Positions 1 through 9,241 of a stretch of 64,000 bases of DNA are shown piece after piece. Numbering within the stretch: position 1 is the first letter of the stretch; each line of letters starts with the position of its first letter. The notes beneath the pieces are model-generated. The model was not told where the DNA came from and did no database searches. It worked only from the letters and a program-made list of their open reading frames with translations. Source of the stretch: Chloroflexota bacterium (GTDB taxonomy: Bacteria > Chloroflexota > Anaerolineae > Anaerolineales > Villigracilaceae); assembly GCA_049324115.1 (NCBI GenBank), contig JBMOMN010000036.1:3207-67206 (forward strand), in the 5' to 3' direction. The translations under genes were made by a program, and so were the position numbers.

Positions 1-140
1 TTTAGGGCGTACTCACCCACAATATCCGGCACGTTATCGGCGGGGGCATCCGCACCGACGGGTTGTGGGTTGGATCTCCTGGCGCAGGCAGACAGGGCCA
101 GCGAGGCGACCAGCAGTAGAACGAGAGCAACGCGTTTCAT
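1..140 (-). CDS. Lipoprotein precursor, N-terminal fragment (gene continues past the window start)
   Basis: Reverse-strand ATG at 140-138. Translation MKRVALVLLLVASLALSACARRSNPQPVGADAP... has a signal peptide plus an L-S-A-C lipobox, with no stop before the window edge. Confidence 0.5.
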   Translation of the reverse strand, partial: MKRVALVLLLVASLALSACARRSNPQPVGADAPADNVPDIVGEYAL

Positions 141-384
141 CGAAATCCTCATTTCCTGAAAAGAATTGGCGTCATTTTATCTCACTCGCCAAAATACAGA
201 AAGAGCGACTAAAGTCAATCCTGTTTCGTTACGGAGTCCGAAGTCTCCAGACTTCGGGCGAAATCGGGAGATTTCACGCTCCGGGCAGTATTGCGACCAA
301 AGTCGCACCTGCGAAATGTCAATCAGCAGGCGGCAAGGACGCTCTGTTTCGATAAATTCGTGCTCATAGAAAGGAGAAAATTTT

Positions 385-1821
385 ATGGCAAAGATCGTTG
401 TTATTGGCGCCGGGTTCGCCGGTCACACCGCAGCCCTGTACCTGGGTAACAAGCTGGGGAAGAGTCATAGCGTGACTGTCGTCAACAAATTCGACAGCTT
501 CGCTTACATCCCCTCCTGGATCTGGGTCGGCGTGGGCCACATGAAACCCGAAAAGACCACCTTCAAGTTGAAGCCGGTCTACGACAGGATGAACGTCAAG
601 TTCGTGCTTGGCAGCGCCACCGAAGTGCATCCCGACCAGGGCGACCAGTACGTGGTGGTCAACCAGGATGACGGCCACACCGTGCGGATTGACTACGACT
701 ACCTGCTGATCGCCACCGGGCCGAAACTCAACTTCGACGGGACGCCCGGCCTCGGCCCCGAGAAGGGATTCACCTCCTCGGTCTGTTCCCTGCCACACGT
801 CATCCAGACCCGCGACCGCTATCTCGAAATGGTCGAGCGGATGAAGAAAGGCGAACACGTCAAAATGGTGATCGGCACCGGGCATCCCGGCGCGACCTGC
901 CAGGGCGCGGCCTTCGAGTACATCGTCAACGTCCACAAAGACCTGGTCAAGAAAGGCGTGCGCGACAAAGCCGAATTGCTGTGGCTCTCGAACGAGCGCG
1001 CCCTGGGCGACTTCGGCGTGCGCGGCGTCCACTTCAAGCAGAAGGGGGAGGTCGTCAGCAGCGAAGACTTCATTTCCGCCGTCTTCAAGGATCACGGGAT
1101 CAAGTGGCAGGTCCAGACCGGCGTAACCCGCGTGGACGAGAAGAAGATCTACTGGGAGAACTACGCCGGGGAGCGCGGCGAGACCGACTACGATTTCGCC
1201 ATGCTCATCCCGCAGTTCCTCGGCCAGCCGATGAAATACGTCGGCAAAGGCGGGCAGGATGTCTCCGAAAAGGTGGTCAACAAAGCCGGCTTCGTGCTGG
1301 TGGACGGCATCTACGGCCTGGGCTACGACGTGCTCGAACGCAACCCGGACGCCTGGCCCTCGCAATACCAGAACCCCAACTACCCGAACATCTTCGCCGC
1401 CGGGATCGCCTTCGCCCCTCCGGGACCCATCTCCCGCCCGTTCACCAACCCCAACGGGCTGGCGATCTCCGCCGCCCCGCCGCGCACCGGCATGGTCTCC
1501 GGGATCATCGGGCGCATCGTGGCCCTCAACATCGTGGACCTGGTCAAGCGCGGCCGCATGACCCACTCCGAGCGCATGTCCGAGATGGTGGCGGCCTGCA
1601 TCGCTTCGATGGGCGATTCGCTCCGGGACGGCAACGCGGCGGTCATGGTCATCTACCCCGTCGTCCCGAACATGAAGCGCTTCCCCAACGAGGAGGGCCG
1701 GGATATGTTCGTCTCGCACATGGAGATGGGCGTCAGCGGCGCGTGGATGAAGCGTATGCTCCACGAAACCTTCATCTGGAAATTGCGCGCCCTGCCCGGC
1801 TGGAAGATCATCCCCGAATAA
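385..1821 (+). CDS. sqr: Sulfide:quinone oxidoreductase-like FAD-dependent oxidoreductase
   Basis: 478-aa ORF with an AAAGGAG RBS. It has an N-terminal Rossmann motif VVIGAGFAGH and an SQR/FCSD-like layout with Cys-containing motifs (VCSLPH, GATCQGAAFE, VAACIAS). It sits next to the cytochrome bd genes. Confidence 0.65.
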   Translation: MAKIVVIGAGFAGHTAALYLGNKLGKSHSVTVVNKFDSFAYIPSWIWVGVGHMKPEKTTFKLKPVYDRMNVKFVLGSATEVHPDQGDQYVVVNQDDGHTVRIDYDYLLIATGPKLNFDGTPGLGPEKGFTSSVCSLPHVIQTRDRYLEMVERMKKGEHVKMVIGTGHPGATCQGAAFEYIVNVHKDLVKKGVRDKAELLWLSNERALGDFGVRGVHFKQKGEVVSSEDFISAVFKDHGIKWQVQTGVTRVDEKKIYWENYAGERGETDYDFAMLIPQFLGQPMKYVGKGGQDVSEKVVNKAGFVLVDGIYGLGYDVLERNPDAWPSQYQNPNYPNIFAAGIAFAPPGPISRPFTNPNGLAISAAPPRTGMVSGIIGRIVALNIVDLVKRGRMTHSERMSEMVAACIASMGDSLRDGNAAVMVIYPVVPNMKRFPNEEGRDMFVSHMEMGVSGAWMKRMLHETFIWKLRALPGWKIIPE

Positions 1822-1835
1822 GAAAGGAGGCCAAA

Positions 1836-1952
1836 ATGGAGATCACGCCCAAAGACAAATTCTGGATGAACTTCAAACTCTACCAGCTCTGGCGTTTCAT
1901 CGTGCTGAACATCAAAATCCTGAAAGCTGTTGACCACAGCAAACGTTCCTGA
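1836..1952 (+). CDS. Small hydrophobic protein (38 aa), unknown function
   Basis: AGGAGG RBS lies 6 nt upstream of ATG 1836. Translation is MEITPKDKFWMNFKLYQLWRFIVLNIKILKAVDHSKRS. It lies directly downstream of sqr and before a terminator hairpin. Confidence 0.4.
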   Translation: MEITPKDKFWMNFKLYQLWRFIVLNIKILKAVDHSKRS

Positions 1953-1973
1953 TGCACATTTCTCCTTGGTTTG

Positions 1974-2005
1974 AAAGGGCCTGACCGGTATCCGGCAGGT
2001 CCTTT
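1974..2005 (+). terminator. Intrinsic terminator after sqr and the small ORF
   Basis: Hairpin AAAGGGCCTGACCGG-TAT-CCGGCAGGTCCTTT (one wobble, one bulge) followed by the T-rich tract CATTTTG. Confidence 0.55.
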
Positions 2006-2043
2006 CATTTTGCCCGTTCTTTGTGAAAATACTCATCTAAACC

Positions 2044-2072
2044 TTGACAAAAGCAGTAAGGGTTGTTAGAAT
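2044..2072 (+). promoter_or_regulatory. Near-consensus sigma70-type promoter
   Basis: TTGACA (2044-2049), 17-nt spacer, TAGAAT (2067-2072). It is immediately followed by the palindrome TGTTATATATAACA. Confidence 0.55.
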
Positions 2073-2359
2073 TTGTTATATATAACACAAACGTAACAGC
2101 CGTGACCCGCCGACCAACCTCGCATCGAAAACGTTTCAATGAACATCGCAACTGAGTGGTTTACCGATAGACATCTTGCAAAGTCAGCAATGCTTCGCTT
2201 TTGGCGAAGTCCGTGGCGACGCATCCTGAGGATGTGTCGGCTCGAGACAGCGGCAAGGCGACAATGCAAGAGGTCTATTGTTATTTAATGCACAACTCCG
2301 AGGATAAATTAATACAATGTCTGTTATGATTTCCCGTTGCAAGGAGTCGAAGTCCTGAC

Positions 2360-2800
2360 ATGCTCCAAATCAACCGTCAAACAGATTACGCCATTCGAGT
2401 GGTACTGGCGCTCGCCAAATATCCCCAGCGGACGCGGCTGGCTTCGGCGACGATCCAGCGCGAGATGTTGATCCCCAAGGCGTTCATGGCCCGGATCGTA
2501 GCCCAATTGGCGGCAAGCGGCCTGGTACAAACCTTCGCCGGGCGCGATGGCGGACTGGAACTCCCCTGCCCCGCTTCGGAGATCACCATCAGGGATGTCG
2601 TGGAGGTGTTCGAGGGGCCGATCCTCCTCTCCGAATGCCTCGAATCCCGCGGGGAGGATGACTGCCCATTCCGCGTCGATTGCCCGGTCCGCTCGAAATG
2701 GGGCCGCGTCCAGGCAGCCATGCTGCGGGAAATGGCCTCCATCACGTTCGAAGACCTGGCCATGGAGGCTTTAGCCATCCCGCTGGCTGTCCCGGCATAA
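2360..2800 (+). CDS. Rrf2-family transcriptional regulator, probably Fe-S binding
   Basis: N-terminus MLQINRQTDYAIRVVLALA is typical of an Rrf2 wHTH domain. A C93-x8-C102-x5-C108 cluster-ligand-like triad is present. Confidence 0.85.
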   Translation: MLQINRQTDYAIRVVLALAKYPQRTRLASATIQREMLIPKAFMARIVAQLAASGLVQTFAGRDGGLELPCPASEITIRDVVEVFEGPILLSECLESRGEDDCPFRVDCPVRSKWGRVQAAMLREMASITFEDLAMEALAIPLAVPA

Positions 2801-2848
2801 GTTATCCGCACGCAGGAAAAGCGTGCAAAATTTTGTAAAGGAGACTCT

Positions 2849-4240
2849 ATGGATCCAATCATTCTTTCACGGTGGCAATTTGGTCTCACGACCGTCTACC
2901 ACTGGCTCTTCGTCCCGCTCACGCTCGGCCTGGGCTGGTTCGTAGCCTACATGCAGACCCGCTACTACCAGACGCGTGACGAGAACTATAAAAAGATGAC
3001 GAAGTTTTGGGGCAAACTCTACCTGATCAACTTCGCCATCGGCGTCGTGACCGGTATCGTGCAGGAATTCCAATTCGGCATGAACTGGTCGGAATACTCC
3101 CGCTTCGTGGGCGACATCTTCGGCGCGCCGCTGGCCATCGAAGCCCTGCTGGCCTTCTTCATGGAATCCACCTTCCTGGGCGTGTGGATCTTCGGCGAAG
3201 GGAAAGTCCCTGAGAAGGTGCATCTGGCCGCGATCTGGCTGGCCGCCATCGGCTCGAACCTGTCGGCCATCTGGATCCTGATCGCCAACGGCTGGATGCA
3301 GCACCCGGTCGGCTACGCCATCAACGAAGTGACCGGCCGCGCCGAAATGACCGATTTCCTCGCCGTCATCGGCAACCCCAAGGCCTGGGTCTTCGTCTGG
3401 CACACCCTGGCCGACGGACTCGCCACCGCTTCCTTCCTCATCATCGGCATCAGCGCCTGGCACCTGATCCGCAAGCAATTCACGGAAGTTTTCAAGCCTT
3501 CCTTCCAGGTGGCCGCCCTGGTGGGCACGATCGCCAGCGTGTTCGTCTTCCTGGGCGGGCACACCATGGGCCAGCACATGTACGAAGCCCAGCCGATGAA
3601 ACTGGCCGCCCTCGAAGCGGTCTGGGAGACCGAGCAGCCCGCCTCCTTCTCCCTCATCACCATCGGCGACCTGACCGGCAGGCAGGAGGTCTGGTCCATC
3701 CGCATCCCCTATGCCATGAGCTTCCTGGCCTGTAACAACTTCTCCTGCGAGGTGAAAGGCGTGAACCAGTTGCAAGCGGAGTACGAGGCGGCCTACGGCC
3801 CCGGCAATTACATCCCGCTGATGGTCGTTACCTACTGGACCTTCCGCATCATGATGACCATCGGCTTCATTATGATGGCCGCCGCGGCCTGGCTGCTCTA
3901 TGCCACCCGCCGCGCCGGATACGAAAACGCAAAATGGTTCAAATTCCTGCCGTTCTGGGCGATCTTCCTGCCATACCTGGCCAACGTCAGCGGCTGGGTC
4001 TTGACCGAGATGGGCCGCCAGCCCTGGATCGTCTTCGGCCTGCTCAAGGTCCAGGACGCCGTCTCGCCCAACCTGACCGCCCTCGACCTGTGGATCTCGC
4101 TCGTCGGCTACACCGCCGTCTACGGCGTGCTGGCGGCGGTCATGTTCGGCCTGATGAAGAAATACGCCGTCGCCGGGCCGGATGCGGCCATGCGCGAGTC
4201 GGTTGACGTTGCGCCTTCGCTCCTCGGCGCGCAAGACTAA
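2849..4240 (+). CDS. cydA: Cytochrome bd ubiquinol oxidase subunit I
   Basis: 463 aa. Begins MDPIILSRWQFGLTTVYHWLFVPLTLGL, a typical CydA start. It is multi-TM and followed by cydB. Confidence 0.93.
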   Translation: MDPIILSRWQFGLTTVYHWLFVPLTLGLGWFVAYMQTRYYQTRDENYKKMTKFWGKLYLINFAIGVVTGIVQEFQFGMNWSEYSRFVGDIFGAPLAIEALLAFFMESTFLGVWIFGEGKVPEKVHLAAIWLAAIGSNLSAIWILIANGWMQHPVGYAINEVTGRAEMTDFLAVIGNPKAWVFVWHTLADGLATASFLIIGISAWHLIRKQFTEVFKPSFQVAALVGTIASVFVFLGGHTMGQHMYEAQPMKLAALEAVWETEQPASFSLITIGDLTGRQEVWSIRIPYAMSFLACNNFSCEVKGVNQLQAEYEAAYGPGNYIPLMVVTYWTFRIMMTIGFIMMAAAAWLLYATRRAGYENAKWFKFLPFWAIFLPYLANVSGWVLTEMGRQPWIVFGLLKVQDAVSPNLTALDLWISLVGYTAVYGVLAAVMFGLMKKYAVAGPDAAMRESVDVAPSLLGAQD

Positions 4241-4251
4241 CGGAGGCTCCC

Positions 4252-5292
4252 ATGTCTTACGAATTTCTCCAAACCCTGTGGTTCGTCCTGATCGCCATTC
4301 TGTGGATCGGCTTCTATTTCCTCGAAGGCTTCGACTTCGGCGTGGGCATGCTCCTGCCCTTCCTGGGCAAAAAGGACGAGGAACGCCGCGCCATCATCAA
4401 CGCCATCGGCTCCACCTGGGACGGCAACGAAGTCTGGCTGCTGACCGCCGGGGGCGCGACCTTCGCCGCCTTCCCGCACTGGTACGCCACCATGTTCAGC
4501 GGCTTCTACCTCCCCCTGTTCCTGCTGCTGGTCGGCCTGATCGTGCGCGGCGTCTCCTTCGAGTACCGCTCCAAGAACGCCGACCCCAAATGGCGCAACC
4601 GCTTCGACTGGATGATCGCCGTCGGCTCCTTCCTGCCGGCCCTCCTGCTCGGCACCGCCTTCGCCAACCTGGCCAAGGGCGTCCCGATCGGCGCAGACAT
4701 GAACTACGTCAGCCCCAACGGCCTGGCGACCACCCTGGGCCTGCTCAACCCCTTCGGCCTGGTCGGCGGCCTGACCACCGTCGCGGTCTTTCTCCTGCAC
4801 GGAGCCAACTTCCTCTCCCTGAAACTGGACGGCGACCTGCGCGAACGCGCCCGCGCCCTCTCGAAGAAACTCTACCTCCCGGCTGCGCTTATGGCCGTCG
4901 TCCTGGCCGTGACCAGCTACATCTACACCGACATCACCACCAAGATCGGCATAGACCCCGGCATCGTCCCCATCGCTTCGGTCATCGCCCTCCTGTCCAG
5001 CATCTACTTCATCAACCGCAAAATGGAAGGTTGGGCCTTCATCACCGTTTCGCTGCACATCGTCCTGACCCAGGTCGCCTTCTTCATGCTCATGTTCCCG
5101 CGCGTGATGATCTCCAGCCTCAACCCCGAGTGGAGCCTCACCATCTACAACGCCTCCTCGTCGGAATACACGCTGAAAGTCATGAGCTTCGTCGCCCTGG
5201 TCTTCGTCCCCATCGTCCTCGCCTACCAGGGCTGGACCTACTACATGTTCCGCAAGCGCATCTCGACCAAAAAAGAGACCCTGGTCTACTAA
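4252..5292 (+). CDS. cydB: Cytochrome bd ubiquinol oxidase subunit II
   Basis: 346 aa. Has the CydB-like start LQTLWFVLIAILWIGFYFLEGFDFGVGML. It lies 11 nt after cydA. Confidence 0.92.
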   Translation: MSYEFLQTLWFVLIAILWIGFYFLEGFDFGVGMLLPFLGKKDEERRAIINAIGSTWDGNEVWLLTAGGATFAAFPHWYATMFSGFYLPLFLLLVGLIVRGVSFEYRSKNADPKWRNRFDWMIAVGSFLPALLLGTAFANLAKGVPIGADMNYVSPNGLATTLGLLNPFGLVGGLTTVAVFLLHGANFLSLKLDGDLRERARALSKKLYLPAALMAVVLAVTSYIYTDITTKIGIDPGIVPIASVIALLSSIYFINRKMEGWAFITVSLHIVLTQVAFFMLMFPRVMISSLNPEWSLTIYNASSSEYTLKVMSFVALVFVPIVLAYQGWTYYMFRKRISTKKETLVY

Positions 5293-5400
5293 CCAGTTGA
5301 AAGTTCGAAAGTTGGAAGGTTGAAGGTTTACCCTGAGCCAGTCGAAGGGGTATACTTCCTTCAACCTTCCGACTTTTAACGTGGAACCTGGAACTCGACC

Positions 5401-8400
5401 ATGCATCGCCGACTCCTGACCCTGAGCCGCTCCTCCCTTTTGGCCTTATCCACCACGATCCTCGCGGGACTTCTGGCCGGACTCCTGACCATCGGCCAAT
5501 CCTGGTCCCTCAGCCGCGTCGTGGACGGGGTCTTCCTCGGCGGGCAGACTCTCGCCCAGGTGCTGCCGCTGATGCAAACCCTGCTGGCCCTCATCTTCGG
5601 GCGCGGCTTGCTGGCCTGGCTGGGCGAAGTCAGCGCCAATGCGGTCGCGGTACGGGTCAAAACCGACCTGCGCCAACGGTTGTTTACCCACATCCTCAGG
5701 CTCGGCCCGGCCTACACCCGCAGCCAGCGCACCGGCGAGTTGACAGCCGCCGCCGTCGAAGGCATCGAAGCCCTGGACGCCTACTTCAGCCAGTACCTGC
5801 CCCAACTGGTCACCTCGGCCCTGGTCCCGGTCACGATCCTGGCCTTCGTCATCCCCAATGACCTGCTCTCCGCCGGGATCCTGCTCGTCACCGCCCCGCT
5901 GATCCCCTTTTTCATGGTCCTGGTCGGCAAGACCGCCGAAGCCCTGACCAAACGCCAGTGGGACACCCTCAGCCTGCTCTCGGCCCACTTCCTCGACAGC
6001 CTGCAAGGGCTGACCACGCTCAAACTCTTCGGCCAGTCGAAGGCCCACACCGCCCGCATCGCCGACGTGGCCGGGCGCTTCCGCGACACCACCCTCGACG
6101 TGCTGCGGATCACCTTCCTCTCGGCCCTGGTGCTGGAACTGCTGACCACCCTCAGCACCGCCATCCTGGCGGTCGAGATCGGATTCCGCCTGCTCTACGC
6201 CCGCATGGAATTCCAGCCGGCGCTCTTCCTGCTCATCCTGGCCCCCGAATTCTACCTGCCGCTGCGGATGCTCGGCCTGCGCTTCCACGCCGGCATGGCC
6301 GGCACGAGCGCGGCGCGGCGGATTTATGAGATTCTGGAGACTGGAGAACAGGGACAAGAGAATAGTCGAATTCTGCCGGCCGAACCGCTATTCTCTACTC
6401 TCCATTTATCTAATCTCTCTTACACCTACCCCGGCGAAACGATGCCCGCCCTGCAAGACATCAACCTGACCATCCAGGCCGGGCAGCGGGTTGCCCTGGT
6501 CGGCAAGACCGGCGCGGGCAAATCTACGCTGGTCAATTTGCTGCTCGGCTTTATCCAACCCTCTTCAGGTCAAATCATCACGCAACACGCAATAATTTCC
6601 AATTACCAATTACCAATTACCAACAACCAACCTCACCCTTTCATCGCCTGGGTCCCCCAACACCCCTACCTCTTCAACGACACCCTCGCCGCCAACATCA
6701 AACTCGGCAAGCCGGACGCCACCCGCGAGCAGGTCGTGGCAGCCGCCCGCGCCGCCCGCCTGGACGAGTTCATCGCTTCGCTGGAGGATGGCTACGAGAC
6801 CCGCGTCGGGGAGGGCGGGGCGCGTCTAAGCGGCGGACAGGCTCAACGTCTCGCGCTGGCGCGGGCATTTTTGATGGACGCGCCGCTCCTCATCCTGGAC
6901 GAACCCACCTCCAGCCTGGACCCGGAGACCGAATCCCAACTCGACCAGGCCATCCGTGAACCTGGCCGGAGCCGAACCGTCATCACCATCGCCCACCGGC
7001 TGAACACCGTTTTCGACGCCGACAAGATCGTGGTGCTGGAGGCGGGCCGCATCGTCGAGACCGGCACCCACGACGAATTGCTGGCAAAAAACGGCGCTTA
7101 CGCCCGGCTGGTGCAGGCCCTCGCCCCGGCCGGTTCCCCGCCGGGAGCCGTGCCGCCCGCCCGCGCCGACGAGCAGAAACTTGTCCAGACGCTCGTGACC
7201 AGCAGCCTGGGCGACGCCATCAGCCCGGAATACCGCGGCCCGTCCACCCACCGCCTGCTCAGACGGCTGCTCGGCTTCCTGCGCGGCTCGTGGCGGCAGG
7301 TGGGGCTGTCGGTGCTGCTGGGGGCGGCCACCATCGGGTCCAGCGTGGCGTTGATGGGCACTTCCGCCTGGCTGATCTCGACCGCCGCCCTGCACGGCTC
7401 GGTGGCGGATTTCGGCGTGGCGGTGGTGGGGGTGCGCTTTTTCGGGATCGCCCGGGGCGTCTTCCGCTATCTCGAACGGCTGGTCTCGCATGGCGTGACC
7501 TTCAACCTGCTGGCCCGCCTGCGGGTCTGGTTCTACCGGGCGCTGGAGCCGCTCGCCCCGGCCCGCCTGATGCGCTTCCGCAGCGGGGACTTGCTCAGCC
7601 GCGTCGTGGCGGACGTGGAGATTTTGGAGAATTTCTACATCCGGGTAATCTCGCCGCCGGTCGTCGCGGCCCTGGTCGGCCTGGGGACCGGCCTGTTCCT
7701 GTGGCGCTACGACACTTCTCTGGCGTTGGCGCTGCTGGCCTCCCTGCTGGCGCTGGGGGTCGGCACACCGTTCATTACCCAGGCCCTCAGCCGGGCACCG
7801 GGGCGGGAACTCATCGCCCGCCGCGCCGCCCTCCACACCCTGCTGGTGGACGGCATCCAGGGCCTGCCCGACCTGCTGGCGTTTGGCCGGGCCGCCGACC
7901 GCGCCGCCCAAATTGACGCCGCCAGCCGGGATTACGGGCGCATCCAGCGGCGGATGGCCGCCATCAACGCCGTCAACACCGGGTTGGGCACGCTCCTGAG
8001 CAACCTGGGCCTGTGGACGGTCGTCCTGCTGGCAATCCCGCTCATCCGTCAAGGCCAAATCCCTGGCGTGATGCTGGCGACCCTGGGACTGGTCACGCTG
8101 GCCGCGTTCGAGGCCGTCACCCCGCTGCCGCTGGCGGCGCAGACGATGAGCAGCAGCGCCGAAGCCGCCCGCAGGCTGTTCGATGTGGTAGACGAAGTAC
8201 CGGGGGTCAGTGAGCAGTATCCAGTATCCAGTGATCAGCCTTCAATTACCAATTACCAATTACAAATTGCGGACCTCACTTTTACCTACCCCAACTCAGC
8301 CGCTCCTGCCCTGCAACATTTGACTTTCGACCTTCGCCCCGGCGAGTCCGTCGCCATCGTCGGGCCGAGCGGGGCGGGGAAATCCACCCTGGTCAATTTG

Positions 8401-8988
8401 CTGATGCGCTTCCGGGATTACCGCCAGGGCCGCATCCGGCTGGACGGGGTTGACCTGCGCGAGATGGAGCAGGACGAGGCGCGCGCCCGATTTGCGGTCG
8501 TAGCCCAAAATTCTTACTTCTTCAACGCCAGCATCCGCCAGAACCTGAAGCTGGCCCGGCCCAACGCGTCGGACGAGGAGATGTTCGAGGCGGCGCGGCA
8601 GGCCCAAATCCACGAATGGATCGCCGGGTTGAAGGACGGGTACGGGACCCGCATCGGGGAGCGCGGTTTCCGTCTCAGCGGCGGCGAACGCCAGCGTCTC
8701 GCCATTGCCCGCGCCCTGCTCAAGGATGCGCCCATCCTGGTGCTCGACGAACCGACCGCCAACCTCGACCCGGTCACAGAGCGGGCCGTGCTAGAGACGC
8801 TCTTCAGGCTGATGGCCGGGCGGACTTCGATCCTGATCACCCACCGGCTGGTCGGCCTCGAGAACGCGGGGACCATCCTCGTGCTGGACCAGGGCCGGAT
8901 CGTCGAACAGGGCCGCCACGAGGCGCTGCTCGCCAGGGACGGTCTGTACCGCCGCCTGTACGACCTGCAAAACCGGATAATTGGGTAA
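5401..8988 (+). CDS. cydDC: Fused CydD-CydC thiol-reductant ABC exporter (two TMD-NBD halves in one polypeptide)
   Basis: 1195 aa with two Walker A sites (GKTGAGKST, GPSGAGKST) and two ABC signatures (LSGGQAQR, LSGGERQR). Each NBD is preceded by a 6-TM region. It lies downstream of cydAB. Confidence 0.85.
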   Translation: MHRRLLTLSRSSLLALSTTILAGLLAGLLTIGQSWSLSRVVDGVFLGGQTLAQVLPLMQTLLALIFGRGLLAWLGEVSANAVAVRVKTDLRQRLFTHILRLGPAYTRSQRTGELTAAAVEGIEALDAYFSQYLPQLVTSALVPVTILAFVIPNDLLSAGILLVTAPLIPFFMVLVGKTAEALTKRQWDTLSLLSAHFLDSLQGLTTLKLFGQSKAHTARIADVAGRFRDTTLDVLRITFLSALVLELLTTLSTAILAVEIGFRLLYARMEFQPALFLLILAPEFYLPLRMLGLRFHAGMAGTSAARRIYEILETGEQGQENSRILPAEPLFSTLHLSNLSYTYPGETMPALQDINLTIQAGQRVALVGKTGAGKSTLVNLLLGFIQPSSGQIITQHAIISNYQLPITNNQPHPFIAWVPQHPYLFNDTLAANIKLGKPDATREQVVAAARAARLDEFIASLEDGYETRVGEGGARLSGGQAQRLALARAFLMDAPLLILDEPTSSLDPETESQLDQAIREPGRSRTVITIAHRLNTVFDADKIVVLEAGRIVETGTHDELLAKNGAYARLVQALAPAGSPPGAVPPARADEQKLVQTLVTSSLGDAISPEYRGPSTHRLLRRLLGFLRGSWRQVGLSVLLGAATIGSSVALMGTSAWLISTAALHGSVADFGVAVVGVRFFGIARGVFRYLERLVSHGVTFNLLARLRVWFYRALEPLAPARLMRFRSGDLLSRVVADVEILENFYIRVISPPVVAALVGLGTGLFLWRYDTSLALALLASLLALGVGTPFITQALSRAPGRELIARRAALHTLLVDGIQGLPDLLAFGRAADRAAQIDAASRDYGRIQRRMAAINAVNTGLGTLLSNLGLWTVVLLAIPLIRQGQIPGVMLATLGLVTLAAFEAVTPLPLAAQTMSSSAEAARRLFDVVDEVPGVSEQYPVSSDQPSITNYQLQIADLTFTYPNSAAPALQHLTFDLRPGESVAIVGPSGAGKSTLVNLLMRFRDYRQGRIRLDGVDLREMEQDEARARFAVVAQNSYFFNASIRQNLKLARPNASDEEMFEAARQAQIHEWIAGLKDGYGTRIGERGFRLSGGERQRLAIARALLKDAPILVLDEPTANLDPVTERAVLETLFRLMAGRTSILITHRLVGLENAGTILVLDQGRIVEQGRHEALLARDGLYRRLYDLQNRIIG

Positions 8989-9020
8989 GGCCCGGATCTT
9001 TAAATTACACCGCTCAACCG

Positions 9021-9049
9021 TTGCGCGCAGTGAACATACATGCTATAAT
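9021..9049 (+). promoter_or_regulatory. Candidate promoter for rho
   Basis: TTGCGC (9021-9026), 17 nt, TATAAT (9044-9049), about 190 nt upstream of the rho ATG. Confidence 0.4.
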
Positions 9050-9241
9050 CGGCGCATCCCCTTTGGTTGACATTAGACTTGGTTTTCCCCGTGTGCAATG
9101 GTCTACCGCGTGGTTAACAAGCGTAAGATCGTGGATATTCACCCTGAGACTTCAATTTGAACATCTTGAATGATCCTGAGCCGTTCGGGGGCTGGCTTTG
9201 GCCTTTATTCCATATCCCAAAATTGAGAGCATTGAAAACTT

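Noticed and set aside
364-1764. A 466-aa minus-strand ORF opposite sqr. Similar antisense ORFs lie opposite cydA, cydB, cydDC, rho, gyrA, ABC-F, EF-G, fhs and others.
   Set aside because: The composition is low-complexity and high in Arg, Gly, Asp and His. No motifs are present, and each is fully nested against a recognisable gene. They are GC-driven open-frame artefacts.
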